The notes beneath the pieces were generated by a model, which was not told where the DNA came from, did no database searches, and saw only the letters and a program-made list of their open reading frames with translations. Source: Prochlorococcus sp. AG-679-M23 (lineage in GTDB: Bacteria > Cyanobacteriota > Cyanobacteriia > PCC-6307 > Cyanobiaceae). Taken from it: a stretch of DNA of 64,000 nucleotides. The translations under genes were made by a program, and so were the position numbers. Where the stretch lies: the NCBI GenBank assembly GCA_003208875.1, contig QCUR01000001.1:192001-256000 (forward strand), given 5' to 3'. Below, in pieces: positions 52,533 to 64,000 of the stretch; within the stretch, counting starts at the first letter, position 1; the number at the start of each line of letters is the position of its first letter.

Positions 52533-52685
52533 ATGCAAACTTTATCATCTGCTCCCGATCCTGCTGTATCCGTGGCAGTATCAATCCTAGCCGTATTATT
52601 AGCTTTAACAGGTTTTGGACTATGGACAGCTTTCGGTCCAAAAGCGGCAAAACTAACAGATCCTTGGGATGATCATGATGATTAA
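52533..52685 (+). CDS. psbN: PsbN (photosystem assembly factor)
   Basis: Hand translation [50 protein letters not shown]; divergent from psbH. Confidence 0.96.
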   Translation: MQTLSSAPDPAVSVAVSILAVLLALTGFGLWTAFGPKAAKLTDPWDDHDD

Positions 52686-52813
52686 GATATTTTTAATCCA
52701 ATAATAAAATTTAAAAGTATTTCAAAACTTACCAAAAATACAAAAAGTAAACCTTTTCACATAATTTAAATATAAATTTAATAGGATATAAATCTGTTAG
52801 CAATTGCAATTCC

Positions 52814-52942
52814 ATGCTCGCCTTAAAAATTTCAGTTTACACAATCGTTTTTTTCTTCGTAGGAATCTTTCTATTTGGTTTTTTAGCTAGTGATCCTACA
52901 AGAACACCAAATAGAAAAGATTTAGAGAGTCCACAAGATTAA
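52814..52942 (+). CDS. psbI: Photosystem II protein I
   Basis: Hand translation [42 protein letters not shown]. Confidence 0.97.
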
Positions 52943-52953
52943 TTACCATCATT

Positions 52954-54969
52954 TTGAAGTCTAGAAATCTTGTAAAAGTCATATTTTTCGTTTCTGCATT
53001 AATTAACTTATCCCCTACCGGGAAAGCAACAGAACTTTTTGCTAATGAGACGAGAAATTCTTCTCAATCAAAGAGTGTCAATTGGGTTAAAAAAGTTGTT
53101 CCTGAATATACAAATTATTCCCAAAATATATCTTTTCAAAAATATATAGATAATTATTCAAGTGATTCTAAAGATAAGAAATTACAAACTAGTAGTAATG
53201 CATCCACCTTACTTTCAGCTAACTCTCTTGATATCAAAAACGAGTTAGAGATACAATCTGATATACAATCTGAGGAGAATAATATTTTAAAGGCAGAGGG
53301 TAATGTTCTCGTTCTTTATAGAGGAAATATTCTTAAAACAGATAACCTAGTATATGATAAGACCCAAAAAACTATATTTGCTAAGGGAAATATTTCCCTT
53401 AGTATAGGTGAACAACTATTCAAGATGAATAGGTTTCAATATGATTTTAATAATGAAAAAGGTTATTTGTATGAGGTAAAAGGATTAATTAAAACAGATA
53501 ATCTTTTTGATGACTTGTTTTCTAATTTTAAAACCTCAAATATTAAAAATATTGAAATTTTAAAAGAGATAAAAAAAGATAAAGTTTTGAATACACCTAA
53601 TAAGATTGAAAAATGGTTTTTTTTTACAGATAAAATTGAAATCGATGGTAAGAAATGGAAAAGTGACAAAGCTATATTTTCTAATGATTTAATTGAATTA
53701 AAGCAAGTTAAGATAGAGATAAATTCAATTGAAGCGACTTCTAGAAAAGAAGAATTAAGATTTAAATCTTCTTTAAATCGGTTGATATTAGATGAGAAAG
53801 TTTCAATACCCTTTTGGGTTGGCGATAGAACATTAACCAATAAATTAAGTTATTCAAATAAATGGAACTTTGGATTTGATAATACTGATAAAGATGGATT
53901 TTTCATTGGTAGAAAACTTAATTCAATAAATTTATTTGATGAATTTATTGTTGATTTAGAACCACAATTTTTACTTCAACGATCACTTAAAGGTAATACC
54001 AAAAGTTTTGTGAAGAAGGGAGATTCCATAACTGGAGATAAAGTAAAAAGAGAAACATTATTGAAAGATTATTTTGCTCTAAATTCTCAAATCAAAGGAA
54101 AAATTAATAATTGGAAATTGGAAACAAATCAGCAAATTAGCTCTTTTGATTCTGAAAAATTTTCAAAAGCTCTAAGATTTAAATCTAATTTAAGTAAAGA
54201 TATTTCTTTTTTTAATTCATTATGGAATAAAAGTTTTTATGGTATTTATAGAGAAAGGGTGTGGAATGGTTCCATAGGTGAAACTGAAATTTATTTGGGA
54301 TATGGTTCTAAATTAAAAAAACAAAATACTTGGGAAGTTAATGGAATTAGGAAAACCGAGATACTATCTTTTGGATTTGCAAATATTAAAGCAGAAGCCT
54401 TAAATAGTAAAAACTTGGTTACTAGTACAAAGGGTAATTTCTTTTATTTGTTAGATCAAAAATTCCCAATAATTGTTAATGAACCTTCGAATATATTTGT
54501 TGATAGTTCTTATAAATACATTCCTAAGCCTATCAAGAGTGGACTAAGTCTTCAGACTAAATTAGAATTACTATATTCTTTTTATGATAGTGGAAATAAT
54601 CAACAATATGTCTCTTTAGGGGCTGGTCCAGAAATCGTTTATGGGAATTTCAAAAAAAAATTTTTTGACTATACCAAGATAAGTGTATTACCAATTTATA
54701 AAATAAATAGTGGAGATAGTCCCTTTAAGTTCGATCAAATGTCTGATAAATTCACCTTAGATATTACATATGATCAGCAATTATACGGCCCTCTTATTCT
54801 GAAAAGTTCTGCAATTCTAAATTTAGATAGTAATTCAAAAGATTATGGTGATTTGATAAATTCTAAGATCTCATTAAATTGGAAAAAAAGATCTTATGAA
54901 TTTGGAATCTTTTATCAACCCCATAATGAGGCCGGTGGAATTTCTTTTACCTTATTTGGTTTCAAATAG
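52954..54969 (+). CDS. DUF3769 / LptD(OstA)-like outer-membrane protein
   Basis: Signal peptide, AEGNV/AKGNI beta-jellyroll repeats, YRERVWNGS, C-terminal aromatic strand. Confidence 0.7.
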   Translation: MKSRNLVKVIFFVSALINLSPTGKATELFANETRNSSQSKSVNWVKKVVPEYTNYSQNISFQKYIDNYSSDSKDKKLQTSSNASTLLSANSLDIKNELEIQSDIQSEENNILKAEGNVLVLYRGNILKTDNLVYDKTQKTIFAKGNISLSIGEQLFKMNRFQYDFNNEKGYLYEVKGLIKTDNLFDDLFSNFKTSNIKNIEILKEIKKDKVLNTPNKIEKWFFFTDKIEIDGKKWKSDKAIFSNDLIELKQVKIEINSIEATSRKEELRFKSSLNRLILDEKVSIPFWVGDRTLTNKLSYSNKWNFGFDNTDKDGFFIGRKLNSINLFDEFIVDLEPQFLLQRSLKGNTKSFVKKGDSITGDKVKRETLLKDYFALNSQIKGKINNWKLETNQQISSFDSEKFSKALRFKSNLSKDISFFNSLWNKSFYGIYRERVWNGSIGETEIYLGYGSKLKKQNTWEVNGIRKTEILSFGFANIKAEALNSKNLVTSTKGNFFYLLDQKFPIIVNEPSNIFVDSSYKYIPKPIKSGLSLQTKLELLYSFYDSGNNQQYVSLGAGPEIVYGNFKKKFFDYTKISVLPIYKINSGDSPFKFDQMSDKFTLDITYDQQLYGPLILKSSAILNLDSNSKDYGDLINSKISLNWKKRSYEFGIFYQPHNEAGGISFTLFGFK

Positions 54970-54974
54970 CGTAA

Positions 54975-55589
54975 CTAATTATTAAATTTTATATAAGGTA
55001 AATCATTTAATTTTTTTTCAATTAAATCCTTATTTTCAAGTAATTTTGAAGTGGCATCCCATTCTCCAGATAAGAACATTTTTTTTGAAGTTTCTTTTAT
55101 TTCGAGATTAAATTTCAAATCTTCTGCTTTTGCAGTGGATTTAAAAAGATCAATCTCTAAGAATAAATTTTGAATATCCTGATATTTCTGGATTTCTTTT
55201 ATTGATTTCTTTGGAAGAGTAAAGCATGGAATTCCAATTGCAATACAGTTACTATAAAAAATATCCGCAAAACTTTCTCCAATTATGGCTTTTATTCCCC
55301 ATCTCATCAATGCTTGAGGAGCATGCTCTCTGCTTGAACCGCATCCAAAATTACTATTAACAACAAGTATTGAGGCCCCTTTATTAATCTCTAAATCAAA
55401 GGGGTGATTTCCTTTAAGGGTTTTACGATCATCATCAAAAACATATTTACCCAAGGAGTCAAAATCAATACATTTAAGAAATCGAGCAGGAATTATTCTA
55501 TCGGTATCGATATCATCTCCAACTAATGAGATGCATTTCCCATTTATTTGAGAAAAATTCCCTATCGGCGGTTTGAATTTGGAACTCAT
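54975..55589 (-). CDS. leuD: 3-isopropylmalate dehydratase small subunit
   Basis: [24 protein letters not shown]. Confidence 0.98.
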   Translation of the reverse strand: MSSKFKPPIGNFSQINGKCISLVGDDIDTDRIIPARFLKCIDFDSLGKYVFDDDRKTLKGNHPFDLEINKGASILVVNSNFGCGSSREHAPQALMRWGIKAIIGESFADIFYSNCIAIGIPCFTLPKKSIKEIQKYQDIQNLFLEIDLFKSTAKAEDLKFNLEIKETSKKMFLSGEWDATSKLLENKDLIEKKLNDLPYIKFNN

Positions 55590-56995
55590 TTGTTAATAAA
55601 ATCTCTTACGTCACTAACTTTTCCTGTAATTGATGCAGCGGCAACCATTGCTGGACTCATTAGAAGCGTTCTTCCATTTGGAGAACCTTGTCTACCTTTG
55701 AAATTTCTATTGCTAGAGCTGGCACTTACTTGATTTCCAATGAGTTTGTCTGAATTCATTGCTAAACACATTGAGCAACCAGGCTCTCTCCACTGAAAAC
55801 CTGCTTTTATAAATATTTTATCAAGACCTTCCTCTTTTGCTTCTTTCGCAACCTTCTCTGAGCCAGGAACTACAAAAGCTTTTATATTTTTTGCTACTTT
55901 ATTATGCTCCAATACTTTTGCGGCAACTCTTAGATCACTTATTCTTCCATTTGTACAACTCCCAATAAAACAAACATCAATTGGAGTATTTTTAATTGAT
56001 TGTCCCGGTTTGAAACCCATATATTCATATGCCTCTTCAGCAATAAATTGGTCGTTTGGATTTATCTCATTTAATGAAGGAATTTTTTGATTTACGCCGA
56101 TACTTTGCCCAGGTGTAATACCCCAGGTAATAGTGGGTTCTACTTTAGAAGCATCTAACTTGAATACATCATCATAAATACAATTATCACTACTTTCTAA
56201 TGATTTCCACCATTTAACGGCCTTCCCCCAATTTTCATTTTGAGGCGAGCATAATTTATTTTTCATATAACTAAAGGTTTTTTCATCAGGATTTATATAA
56301 CCGCATCTTGCTCCTCCTTCAATGGACATATTGCATATAGTCATCCTCTCTTCCATTGATAATGCACTTATGGCAGGACCTGCAAATTCATAGGCATAAC
56401 CTACTCCTGCTTTCACTCCGAGTTGATTAATTATATGTAGTACTAAATCCTTAGCATAAATTCCATTTGATAATTTATTTTCACACCAAATTTGTCTGAC
56501 TTTGAGCTTATTCATAGCTATGGTTTGACTAGCAAGTACATCTCTTACTTGGCTAGTACCAATACCAAAGGCAATTGAACCAAAGGCTCCGTGAGTTGAT
56601 GTATGAGAATCTCCACAAGCAATAGTCATACCTGGTTGGGTCAAACCAAGTTCAGGAGCTACTACATGAACTATTCCTTGATTACCACTTCCAATATTAA
56701 AAAATTTAATTTTGTGCTCGATACAGTTCTTTTCTAGAGTGTCGATCATTTGTTCTGCCAGATCATCTTTGAAAGGCCTGGTTTGATTATCTGTTGGAAC
56801 TATATGGTCAACTGTAGCTACAGTTCTTTGAGGAAATTTTACCTTTAAATTTTTATCTTTTAAAGCTCCGAATGCTTGCGGGCTAGTAACTTCATGAATA
56901 AGGTGAAGACCGATTAAGATTTGATCGGAACCACCAGGAAGATTTGCAACTTTGTGTAAATCCCAGACTTTATCAAATAAGGTATCTTGACTCAA
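55586..56995 (-). CDS. leuC: 3-isopropylmalate dehydratase large subunit
   Basis: [40 protein letters not shown]. Confidence 0.99.
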   Translation of the reverse strand: MSQDTLFDKVWDLHKVANLPGGSDQILIGLHLIHEVTSPQAFGALKDKNLKVKFPQRTVATVDHIVPTDNQTRPFKDDLAEQMIDTLEKNCIEHKIKFFNIGSGNQGIVHVVAPELGLTQPGMTIACGDSHTSTHGAFGSIAFGIGTSQVRDVLASQTIAMNKLKVRQIWCENKLSNGIYAKDLVLHIINQLGVKAGVGYAYEFAGPAISALSMEERMTICNMSIEGGARCGYINPDEKTFSYMKNKLCSPQNENWGKAVKWWKSLESSDNCIYDDVFKLDASKVEPTITWGITPGQSIGVNQKIPSLNEINPNDQFIAEEAYEYMGFKPGQSIKNTPIDVCFIGSCTNGRISDLRVAAKVLEHNKVAKNIKAFVVPGSEKVAKEAKEEGLDKIFIKAGFQWREPGCSMCLAMNSDKLIGNQVSASSSNRNFKGRQGSPNGRTLLMSPAMVAAASITGKVSDVRDFINK

Positions 56996-57007
56996 TTTGC
57001 AAAAAAG

Positions 57008-58309
57008 TTACTTACTACTAGATAATAAGATTAATCTAAGGCTGTTTAAACACACGTTTACACTTAGTCTTTGAATTTCAATTCTATTTCTTGTTGAGCT
57101 AAATATTTTCTTAATATTGGTTATATGACCATTCGGTCCTGCAATTGAGATATAAACTAATCCAACAGGTTTCTCTTTATTACCTCCACTTGGACCGGCA
57201 ATGCCACTAATTGCGATACACCAATCTGAATTTAGTTTTTCTTTTGCATTAATTGCCATAGTTTCAGCCACCTCTTCAGAAACAGCACCAAACTTTTTTA
57301 TTAGATTTTCTGGAACATTTAATAATGATTGTTTAAGGTTATTATTGTACGAAATAATACTGCCTTTAAATACTTGTGATGAGCCCGGTATTGATGTGAT
57401 TGAAGAGGAGAGAAGACCTCCTGAACAGGATTCTGCAAAAACCAAAGATTCTTTTCTTTTTATTAATTCCTTTATTAATACGCTTGATAAATTATCATCG
57501 TTTTCACCAAAAATAAATTTGGAAAACTCTTTTTTCAATTTTTCTTTAACGGGGTTAATTATATTTCTTGCTTCTAATTCATTTTTAGCTCTTGCTGTTA
57601 GTCTGAGCTTAACTTCTCCCAAATTCGCGTATGGGGCGACAGTAGGGTTTTTTAGTTTTAGAAGATTATCAATCTTTTCTGAAATAGTAGACTCTCCTAT
57701 ACCAGAAAATTTAAGAGTATTTGAGAAAAATATATACCCATCTGAAAAATTATTTTTAATATAATTGACTGCAGTTTCTTTCCACATTTCTTTCATTTCA
57801 CTTGGCACTCCTGGAAAAGTAAGGATGGTAAATCCCTCAATTGGTTTCCATATCATGCCAGGAGCAGTGCCTCTAGGATTATTAATAATCTGAGCATCTT
57901 TTGGAAAAAAACATTGTTTTTTTAAACTAGATTTGTTGTAAGTTGAGCCTGAAATTGAAAGCTTTGTTTTAATTTGATCCCATAAATATTCTCTTTCAGA
58001 AAGAGTTGCATTAAAAGATTTAGCTATTGCCTCAGTAGTTAAGTCATCTGGAGTAGGGCCAAGACCACCTGTAGTAATTAATAAATTACTTCTTGAAGAT
58101 ATTTCTTTAATTAGGGTAGTAATTCTTTCAGAATTATCTCCAATAGTTGACTGTCTAAAATGATTTAGTCCTAAAGTTGATAACTCCTCAGAAATCCATT
58201 GAGCGTTAGTATTTACAATATTTCCTAAAAGTAACTCAGTTCCTATAGAAAGAATTTCAACCCCTTTACAGTTAGGATCATTTGATTGATGCTTCAAGTT
58301 TGAATTCAT
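57008..58309 (-). CDS. cinA: CinA-like protein (molybdopterin-binding plus NMN deamidase domains)
   Basis: [40 protein letters not shown]; start uncertain. Confidence 0.92.
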   Translation of the reverse strand: MNSNLKHQSNDPNCKGVEILSIGTELLLGNIVNTNAQWISEELSTLGLNHFRQSTIGDNSERITTLIKEISSRSNLLITTGGLGPTPDDLTTEAIAKSFNATLSEREYLWDQIKTKLSISGSTYNKSSLKKQCFFPKDAQIINNPRGTAPGMIWKPIEGFTILTFPGVPSEMKEMWKETAVNYIKNNFSDGYIFFSNTLKFSGIGESTISEKIDNLLKLKNPTVAPYANLGEVKLRLTARAKNELEARNIINPVKEKLKKEFSKFIFGENDDNLSSVLIKELIKRKESLVFAESCSGGLLSSSITSIPGSSQVFKGSIISYNNNLKQSLLNVPENLIKKFGAVSEEVAETMAINAKEKLNSDWCIAISGIAGPSGGNKEKPVGLVYISIAGPNGHITNIKKIFSSTRNRIEIQRLSVNVCLNSLRLILLSSSK

Positions 58310-59549
58310 AAAGAGGGAAACGATTACATAAAGTTAATACCCTTTCCTTGCATTTTTTTTCTATTGATAAATCATCTGGATTGAGTAATCTATCAGAAAT
58401 AATTTCACCAACTTCAACAAAAGCATCATCATTAAAACCTCTAGTAGTTAAAGCTGCAGTTCCCAATCTCAACCCACTTGTTACAAAAGGTGATTCAGGA
58501 TCAAACGGGACAGTATTTTTATTTGCTGTTATGTTAACTTCACTTACAAGTAAGTCAGCAACTTTTCCAGTCATATTAATACTTCTTAAGTCAAGCAATA
58601 CAATATGATTATCAGTACCTCCACTAACAATATCTATTCCTCTTTTAATTAAAGTTGAAGACAGAACTTTTGCATTATTTATAACCTGTTTTGAGTAACT
58701 AATAAAGTTGGGCTGTAAAGCTTCTCCAAAGGCAACAGCTTTAGCTGCGATAATATGTTCTAAAGGCCCACCCTGAGTTCCAGGGAACACAGATTTATCA
58801 AATTTCTTTCCAAATTCCTTATCTTTACATAAAATTAATCCTCCTCTTGGACCTCTCAAGGTCTTATGTGTTGTGGTAGTTACCACATCACAATACGGAA
58901 TTGGATTAGGGTGGAGTTTGGTTGCAACTAGTCCTGCAATATGAGCAATATCAGCCATTAAAAAAGCTCCAACTTCATCAGCAATTCTTCTGAACGACTC
59001 GAAATCAATTTTTCTTGGATAAGCAGAATATCCACAAATAATTAGTTTTGGTTTTGTAGCTAATGCAATATCTCTAATTTCATTAAAATTCAATTTATTA
59101 GTTTCTTTATCAACTCCGTAGTGAACAGCATTGAACCACTTTCCGCTCATATTAACTGGGGATCCGTGGGTTAAATGTCCTCCATGCGATAGGTCCATTC
59201 CTAATATTGTGTCACCAGGTTTAAGTAAACTTAGAAAAACAGCTGCATTTGCTTGTGCTCCACTATGGGGTTGAACATTCGCCCAGTCTGCATCAAAAAG
59301 TTGTTTTGCTCTTTCGATTGCTAGTTCTTCTATCTCATCTACAAATTCACAACCACCGTAATATCTTTTTTGTGGAAGACCTTCAGCGTATTTATTTGTT
59401 AAAACCGAACCCTGAGCCTGCATTACAGCCATTGATGCAAAATTCTCACTAGCTATCAATTCAAGATGCGTTTCTTGCCTATTTTTTTCGGAATTAATTA
59501 AGTTAGATATGATTGGATCGCTTTCTTTAAGATTTTGAAGAATATTCAT
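58278..59549 (-). CDS. glyA: Serine hydroxymethyltransferase
   Basis: [32 protein letters not shown]. Confidence 0.99.
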   Translation of the reverse strand: MNILQNLKESDPIISNLINSEKNRQETHLELIASENFASMAVMQAQGSVLTNKYAEGLPQKRYYGGCEFVDEIEELAIERAKQLFDADWANVQPHSGAQANAAVFLSLLKPGDTILGMDLSHGGHLTHGSPVNMSGKWFNAVHYGVDKETNKLNFNEIRDIALATKPKLIICGYSAYPRKIDFESFRRIADEVGAFLMADIAHIAGLVATKLHPNPIPYCDVVTTTTHKTLRGPRGGLILCKDKEFGKKFDKSVFPGTQGGPLEHIIAAKAVAFGEALQPNFISYSKQVINNAKVLSSTLIKRGIDIVSGGTDNHIVLLDLRSINMTGKVADLLVSEVNITANKNTVPFDPESPFVTSGLRLGTAALTTRGFNDDAFVEVGEIISDRLLNPDDLSIEKKCKERVLTLCNRFPLYEFKLEASIK

Positions 59550-59627
59550 TAAAATAAAGGGAACTTTTAGTTAAATATAGACGATATTTTGAAAGAAAAT
59601 GTAAAAAAAATATTTCATAATTTTTAA

Positions 59628-59701
59628 CGCGCCTGGAGAGATTCGAACTCCCGACACCCTGATCCGTAGTCAGGTGCTCTAATCCACTGAGCTACAGGCG
59701 C
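59628..59701 (-). tRNA. tRNA-Arg (anticodon ACG)
   Basis: Minus strand GCGCCTGTAGCTCAGTGGATTAGAGCACCTGACTACGGATCAGGGTGTCGGGAGTTCGAATCTCTCCAGGCGCG folds as a cloverleaf. Confidence 0.97.
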
Positions 59702-59789
59702 ATATTTATGTAATATCTCTGGTCCTGGGTCTCTTAGTCAACTAGATTTCAGTTAAACTATCTAATATTAACAATCTAAATTTATAATT

Positions 59790-60041
59790 ATGCCGATTAA
59801 ATGGTATGGCAATGGTGATTCAGAAGACCCCATTTACAAACATTTTTCCAGAATAGTAAATTTTGTAATTCATTGCATGGTATTTACTGCAGTCGTAAGT
59901 GGAACTTGGCTTTTTAAAGAGATTAAACATGACTTAGTTTTTTTTAATAATTTTGCAATTGCATGGGCAGTCATTCTCTCATCGCATTTACTTTTTGTAT
60001 TTATAAAAAAACCTAAGGATTATAAAAAACAATCAACTTAA
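59790..60041 (+). CDS. Two-TM hypothetical membrane protein
   Basis: MP..W....D..DP.Y..F.R..NF..H motif followed by two hydrophobic helices. Confidence 0.8.
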   Translation: MPIKWYGNGDSEDPIYKHFSRIVNFVIHCMVFTAVVSGTWLFKEIKHDLVFFNNFAIAWAVILSSHLLFVFIKKPKDYKKQST

Positions 60042-60050
60042 GTTTTTATT

Positions 60051-60332
60051 ATGAATTCTCAGATGCAAATCAGTGATCTAGAAAATATTATTTCAGAAAA
60101 AATTTTTATAAAAATAGAAAAATGGAATCTGTATCTTGGAGATGCTGGTTTAGCCAGAAATCTTGCTTTGGAATGTATTAGCAATTTAGATAAAGGTAGC
60201 CAGCAGGCTGCAAAATTAGGCTTAGAAGCTATTAAGGTAAAAATTGGAGATGGAAATCAAACAATTCTTTTGTCTAAGTTGATAACTGCATCACAAATTT
60301 GTGATTTAGAGGAAATTCTAGATAATTTATGA
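60051..60332 (+). CDS. DUF3181-like protein
   Basis: I.KW.LYLGDAGLA motif. Confidence 0.75.
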   Translation: MNSQMQISDLENIISEKIFIKIEKWNLYLGDAGLARNLALECISNLDKGSQQAAKLGLEAIKVKIGDGNQTILLSKLITASQICDLEEILDNL

Positions 60333-60339
60333 TTCTTAA

Positions 60340-61920
60340 TCATATTTTGATTAGTGGATTTAATTTATTAACCCCGAATAACTTGGTTATCGAAAAATAA
60401 ATAATCAAAAAAGCCAATAATCCTATAACTAATATAAATATCTCCCACAAGTTCGAATTTAATACATTTATATCCTTGATAACTGAATAACAAATTGTGC
60501 TTGTAATAGAACAGGCTAATGAAATAAGAACAATTTTTTTTAATAAAATAATTTTAGGGATTTTGATTCCATAAGTATTAAAGTTTGTAGTAAGAAAAAT
60601 ACAAATAATTAAATTAACTATTCCTGAAGAAAGGATTATACCCATAACACCAAAATTATAGGGAGATAAGTTTCCATAATTAATAGTTGGAGCTCCTACT
60701 AGAAACCAATCGAAAAAAACATTTAGTATTATTCCAGCGAAAGATAATTTAAAGGGTAACTTTGGATTCTCAATTGCATAATAAGCTCTAACTAATAAAT
60801 CTCTGTAGAGATAAAAGGGAATTCCAACAGCATAGGCAATTAAAATATTTTTTACTAAAAATACGGCTTCGGAATTAAAAGCCCCTCTTTGAAAAACAAA
60901 TTGTACTATCTGGTTATTAAATGTGATAAAAAAACCAGTCAAAAAAATAGTTGTAAAAAAACAATATTCTATTCCTGAAATTAAACTTTTTTCTAAGTTT
61001 CTATTCTCTTGCTTACTGTTGAATTTTGAAAACTTTGGAAGTAGTGGCAAGATCAAAGCATTTGATAAAACTCCAAGTGGAGCTTGTATAAGAAAATTGC
61101 CGTAGGCTAATCCCGATGCGGCACCTTGAAAGCTTGAAGCAAAAAACATATCAACAAAAACATTAATTTGACCTAAACCTGATGAAATTGTTGCAGGAGC
61201 GATTAATTTGAAGATTCTTTTCTCTTCATTTTTAAATAAATGCCAAGCCGAATTAAATCTAAATAAGCCGATCTTATTGATTTCCCAGCACTGAACAGCA
61301 AATTGTATACAAGTACCTGTTAAGGTCGCTTTGGCTAGTAATCCTGAATAAAACAAATAATTAGAATTTGTATTTTGATGACTAAAGATCCAACTGGCTG
61401 AAATAAAAAAAATTGTTGTCAGACTTGTTAAAGCGGGACTTATGCTTGATATAAAAAATTTATTTCTTGAATTTAAAGCTCCAAAACTCAACCCAATAAA
61501 AGCAGAAAGAGGAATACAAGGAGTTAGGATTTTTAATTGATAAGTAGCGATAGATTTAACTTCATCACTTAAATTTGGGGCTGTAAAGTTTATTAGAAAA
61601 CCTGAATTAAAATATACAACTACTCCTAGAATAAAAAATAATAAAGTTAGTTTAATACTTACTTTTGTTAATACGAGGCCCCCCTCTCTCCTCTTAAGTG
61701 GAGTTAGCACTGCTACAACTGCATTATGTAATGGGCCATTAATTCCACCAATAATAATAAGTAAAAAACCTGGGATTATGTAGGCGTAGTTATAGGCATC
61801 GTATGTTATTCCAATTCCAAAGGCTGCAGCGATAAATATTTGTCGTATAAAACCCGCAACTTTACTTAGAGATGTGGCAAACGAAATTGAAGCCACATTA
61901 TTTTTAAAATATGAATGCAT
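60340..61920 (-). CDS. murJ: Lipid II flippase MurJ (MviN)
   Basis: SKVAGFIRQ, DAYNYAY.IP, QAPLG, FQRGAF; many TM helices. Confidence 0.95.
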   Translation of the reverse strand: MHSYFKNNVASISFATSLSKVAGFIRQIFIAAAFGIGITYDAYNYAYIIPGFLLIIIGGINGPLHNAVVAVLTPLKRREGGLVLTKVSIKLTLLFFILGVVVYFNSGFLINFTAPNLSDEVKSIATYQLKILTPCIPLSAFIGLSFGALNSRNKFFISSISPALTSLTTIFFISASWIFSHQNTNSNYLFYSGLLAKATLTGTCIQFAVQCWEINKIGLFRFNSAWHLFKNEEKRIFKLIAPATISSGLGQINVFVDMFFASSFQGAASGLAYGNFLIQAPLGVLSNALILPLLPKFSKFNSKQENRNLEKSLISGIEYCFFTTIFLTGFFITFNNQIVQFVFQRGAFNSEAVFLVKNILIAYAVGIPFYLYRDLLVRAYYAIENPKLPFKLSFAGIILNVFFDWFLVGAPTINYGNLSPYNFGVMGIILSSGIVNLIICIFLTTNFNTYGIKIPKIILLKKIVLISLACSITSTICYSVIKDINVLNSNLWEIFILVIGLLAFLIIYFSITKLFGVNKLNPLIKI

Positions 61921-61993
61921 TTGATATTGAGTTAAATCTTTTCAAGAAGATTTAGATTCCATTATATTTTGTTTCTAATCTAGTTCACACTTT

Positions 61994-62740
61994 ATGAATG
62001 ATCGAATAATTGAATTTGAACCATTAATTGAAGGTATTTTAATTAAAAGATATAAAAGATTTCTCGCTGATATTCAGATTGAAAATGGAGAAATAGTTAC
62101 TGCCCATTGTGCTAATACAGGCCCGATGAAGGGTCTTTTAAACGAAGGAGCTAAAGTAAGAATTAGCTTTTCTTCATCAACTACAAGAAAGCTACCTTGG
62201 ACTTGGGAACAAGTAAAAGTAATAGGAAGTGATAACAAAGAGGTTTGGGTTGGGATAAATACATTATTTGCAAATAAACTGATTAGAAAAGTTATTGAAC
62301 AAAACCTATTCAAAGATAAACTCGGGGAGATAGCTGAAATCAAGTCTGAAGTACCTTATGGCAAAGATAAAAAAAGTAGAATTGATTTTCTTTTGACTCC
62401 AAAATCTTCAAATCCTGATAATCGTAACATTTATGTTGAGGTTAAAAATACTACTTGGACAAAAAACAATGTAGCTCTTTTTCCTGATACGGAGACGAAA
62501 AGAGGACAAAAACATTTAATAGAATTAAAAGGCTTGATTCCTGAAAGTAAAAGTGTTTTAGTTCCTTGCATTACAAGAAAAGATATAGATTATTTTGCCC
62601 CTGGAGATGAATCAGATCCATTGTATGGAGTGCTTTTTAGAGAATCAATTAGTGCAGGTATGTTATTAATGCCATGCTGTTTTGAGTTCCATTCAGATCA
62701 TGTAGCTTGGAAAGGATTTAAACCCTTAAAATTAAATTAA
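61994..62740 (+). CDS. sfsA: Sugar fermentation stimulation protein SfsA (nuclease-like)
   Basis: [35 protein letters not shown]. Confidence 0.96.
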   Translation: MNDRIIEFEPLIEGILIKRYKRFLADIQIENGEIVTAHCANTGPMKGLLNEGAKVRISFSSSTTRKLPWTWEQVKVIGSDNKEVWVGINTLFANKLIRKVIEQNLFKDKLGEIAEIKSEVPYGKDKKSRIDFLLTPKSSNPDNRNIYVEVKNTTWTKNNVALFPDTETKRGQKHLIELKGLIPESKSVLVPCITRKDIDYFAPGDESDPLYGVLFRESISAGMLLMPCCFEFHSDHVAWKGFKPLKLN

Positions 62741-62818
62741 TTTTTGGGATTTTTAAGTTGATTTAGAAAAAAATACCTTAATTTAACAAAGATTTTTTGG
62801 AACGCAACAATTAAATTG

Positions 62819-62832
62819 GTATAAACGACTAC
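62819..62832 (+). promoter_or_regulatory. Consensus NtcA box upstream of amt1
   Basis: GTA-TAAACGAC-TAC (GTA-N8-TAC), ending 83 nt before the ATG. Confidence 0.65.
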
Positions 62833-62915
62833 TAGACATACATAAGTTTTCTGAGCAAAATTATATATGAAAGGAAACAGGACCTCCTGTTTTTTTGCAG
62901 ACTAATTTTTTATTT

Positions 62916-64000
62916 ATGACCACTGCTTTGCAAACGCCTCAAAGGCGCTCTAGGTCCAAGCTTCAAGATGCAAGTCTTGTTAATGGACCTATGCTCCTTT
63001 TGAGGAGTATTCGTGGGTTCAGTTCAAACCGCTCAATGTTGTGGCTTGCAACTGTCCCTCTAGCTTTGTTTGGTTTAGGTATTTTTAATCTTTCAGCTCA
63101 CGCAGCTGATTTACCTGAGTTGAATGCAGCTTTTCTAGCTAACAATTTATGGCTTTTGATCGCTACTATTTTAGTGATCTTCATGAACGCCGGTTTCGCT
63201 ATGGTTGAAGCGGGTATGTGTCGGTCTAAAAACGCCGTCAACATTCTTGCTAAAAACCTTTTCGTATTTGCTTTAGCTGTAACCTCTTATTGGTTTATTG
63301 GCTACTCATTAATGTACGGAGGAAGTGTTGCTGACGGATGGCTATATTTTGGAGGCTTATTTTTTGATCCCACAGTAACAGCCGATATGGTTACTGATGC
63401 TGGATTAGTTCCAACAGTTGATTTCTTATTCCAGTCTGCTTTCGCAGGTACTGCAGCAACTATCGTTTCTGGTCTTGTTGCTGAAAGAGTTAAATTTGGT
63501 GAATTTGTTGTTTTTGCGATTGTATTAACAGCATTTATTTATCCAATTGCTGGTAGCTGGAAATGGAATGGTGGTTGGCTTGATTCTCTTGGTTTCGTTG
63601 ACTTTGCAGGTTCTTCAATTGTTCACTCAGTTGGAGCATGGGCAGGTTTAGTGGGAGCTATGCTTCTAGGACCAAGAATCGGTAAATACTCCGATGGAAA
63701 GCCACAGGCTATGCCTGGTCACAATATGGCTATTGCTACTTTAGGTGCTCTAATTCTATGGATAGGTTGGTATGGATTTAATCCTGGTTCTCAACTTGCT
63801 ATGGATCAATGGGTTCCATATGTTGCTGTAACGACTACTCTTGCAGCTGCTGCTGGTGCTATTGGAGCGACTATTGTTTCTACTTTAACTTCCGGAAAGC
63901 CAGATCTTACTATGATCATTAACGGTATTCTTGCTGGTTTAGTAAGTATTACTGCAGGTTGTGGTGACATGACTCTTGCGGGAGCTTGGTTCGCTGGACT
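62916..64000 (+). CDS. amt1: Ammonium transporter Amt1 (3' end outside window)
   Basis: Hand translation: [58 protein letters not shown]; missing from the ORF track because there is no stop in the window. Confidence 0.98.
   Translation, partial: MTTALQTPQRRSRSKLQDASLVNGPMLLLRSIRGFSSNRSMLWLATVPLALFGLGIFNLSAHAADLPELNAAFLANNLWLLIATILVIFMNAGFAMVEAGMCRSKNAVNILAKNLFVFALAVTSYWFIGYSLMYGGSVADGWLYFGGLFFDPTVTADMVTDAGLVPTVDFLFQSAFAGTAATIVSGLVAERVKFGEFVVFAIVLTAFIYPIAGSWKWNGGWLDSLGFVDFAGSSIVHSVGAWAGLVGAMLLGPRIGKYSDGKPQAMPGHNMAIATLGALILWIGWYGFNPGSQLAMDQWVPYVAVTTTLAAAAGAIGATIVSTLTSGKPDLTMIINGILAGLVSITAGCGDMTLAGAWFAG

Overview
Very AT-rich, gene-dense core-genome segment of a marine picocyanobacterium. Gene order and protein sequences point to a high-light Prochlorococcus marinus; this is inferred, not searched. 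Order: murG(partial), cobD, pyrD, rnhA, rplL/J/A/K, nusG, secE, clpB, eno, ABC1 kinase, a flavin thioredoxin reductase, sbtB/sbtA/bicA, hemB, mutS2, obgE, CP12, GST, aspartoacylase, two psbA copies, aroC, eda-like, ftsH, sat, psbO, coaBC, pyrB, mpg, gatC, crtR, tRNA-Leu, ileS, trmB, glmM, txlA, thyX, dcd, cobO, ntcA, pth, psbH/N/I, leuD/C, cinA, glyA, tRNA-Arg, murJ, sfsA, amt1(partial). No transposase, integrase, prophage, CRISPR or defence system is visible, and I cannot claim a new multi-gene system. The most unusual region is a 1230-bp direct repeat of psbA. The copies differ by one visible non-synonymous base (I259F near the QB site), the repeat edge cuts the putative -35 box, and the 719-bp spacer carries two unannotated 42-aa ORFs. 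Other points of interest: three genes (eda-like, mpg, crtR) whose conserved N-termini lack any ATG/GTG/TTG start; a frameshifted gene relic after ileS with a -1 slippery heptamer; an NADPH-independent-type thioredoxin reductase next to the bicarbonate transporters; and NtcA boxes upstream of ntcA and amt1 plus a leader hairpin at amt1.
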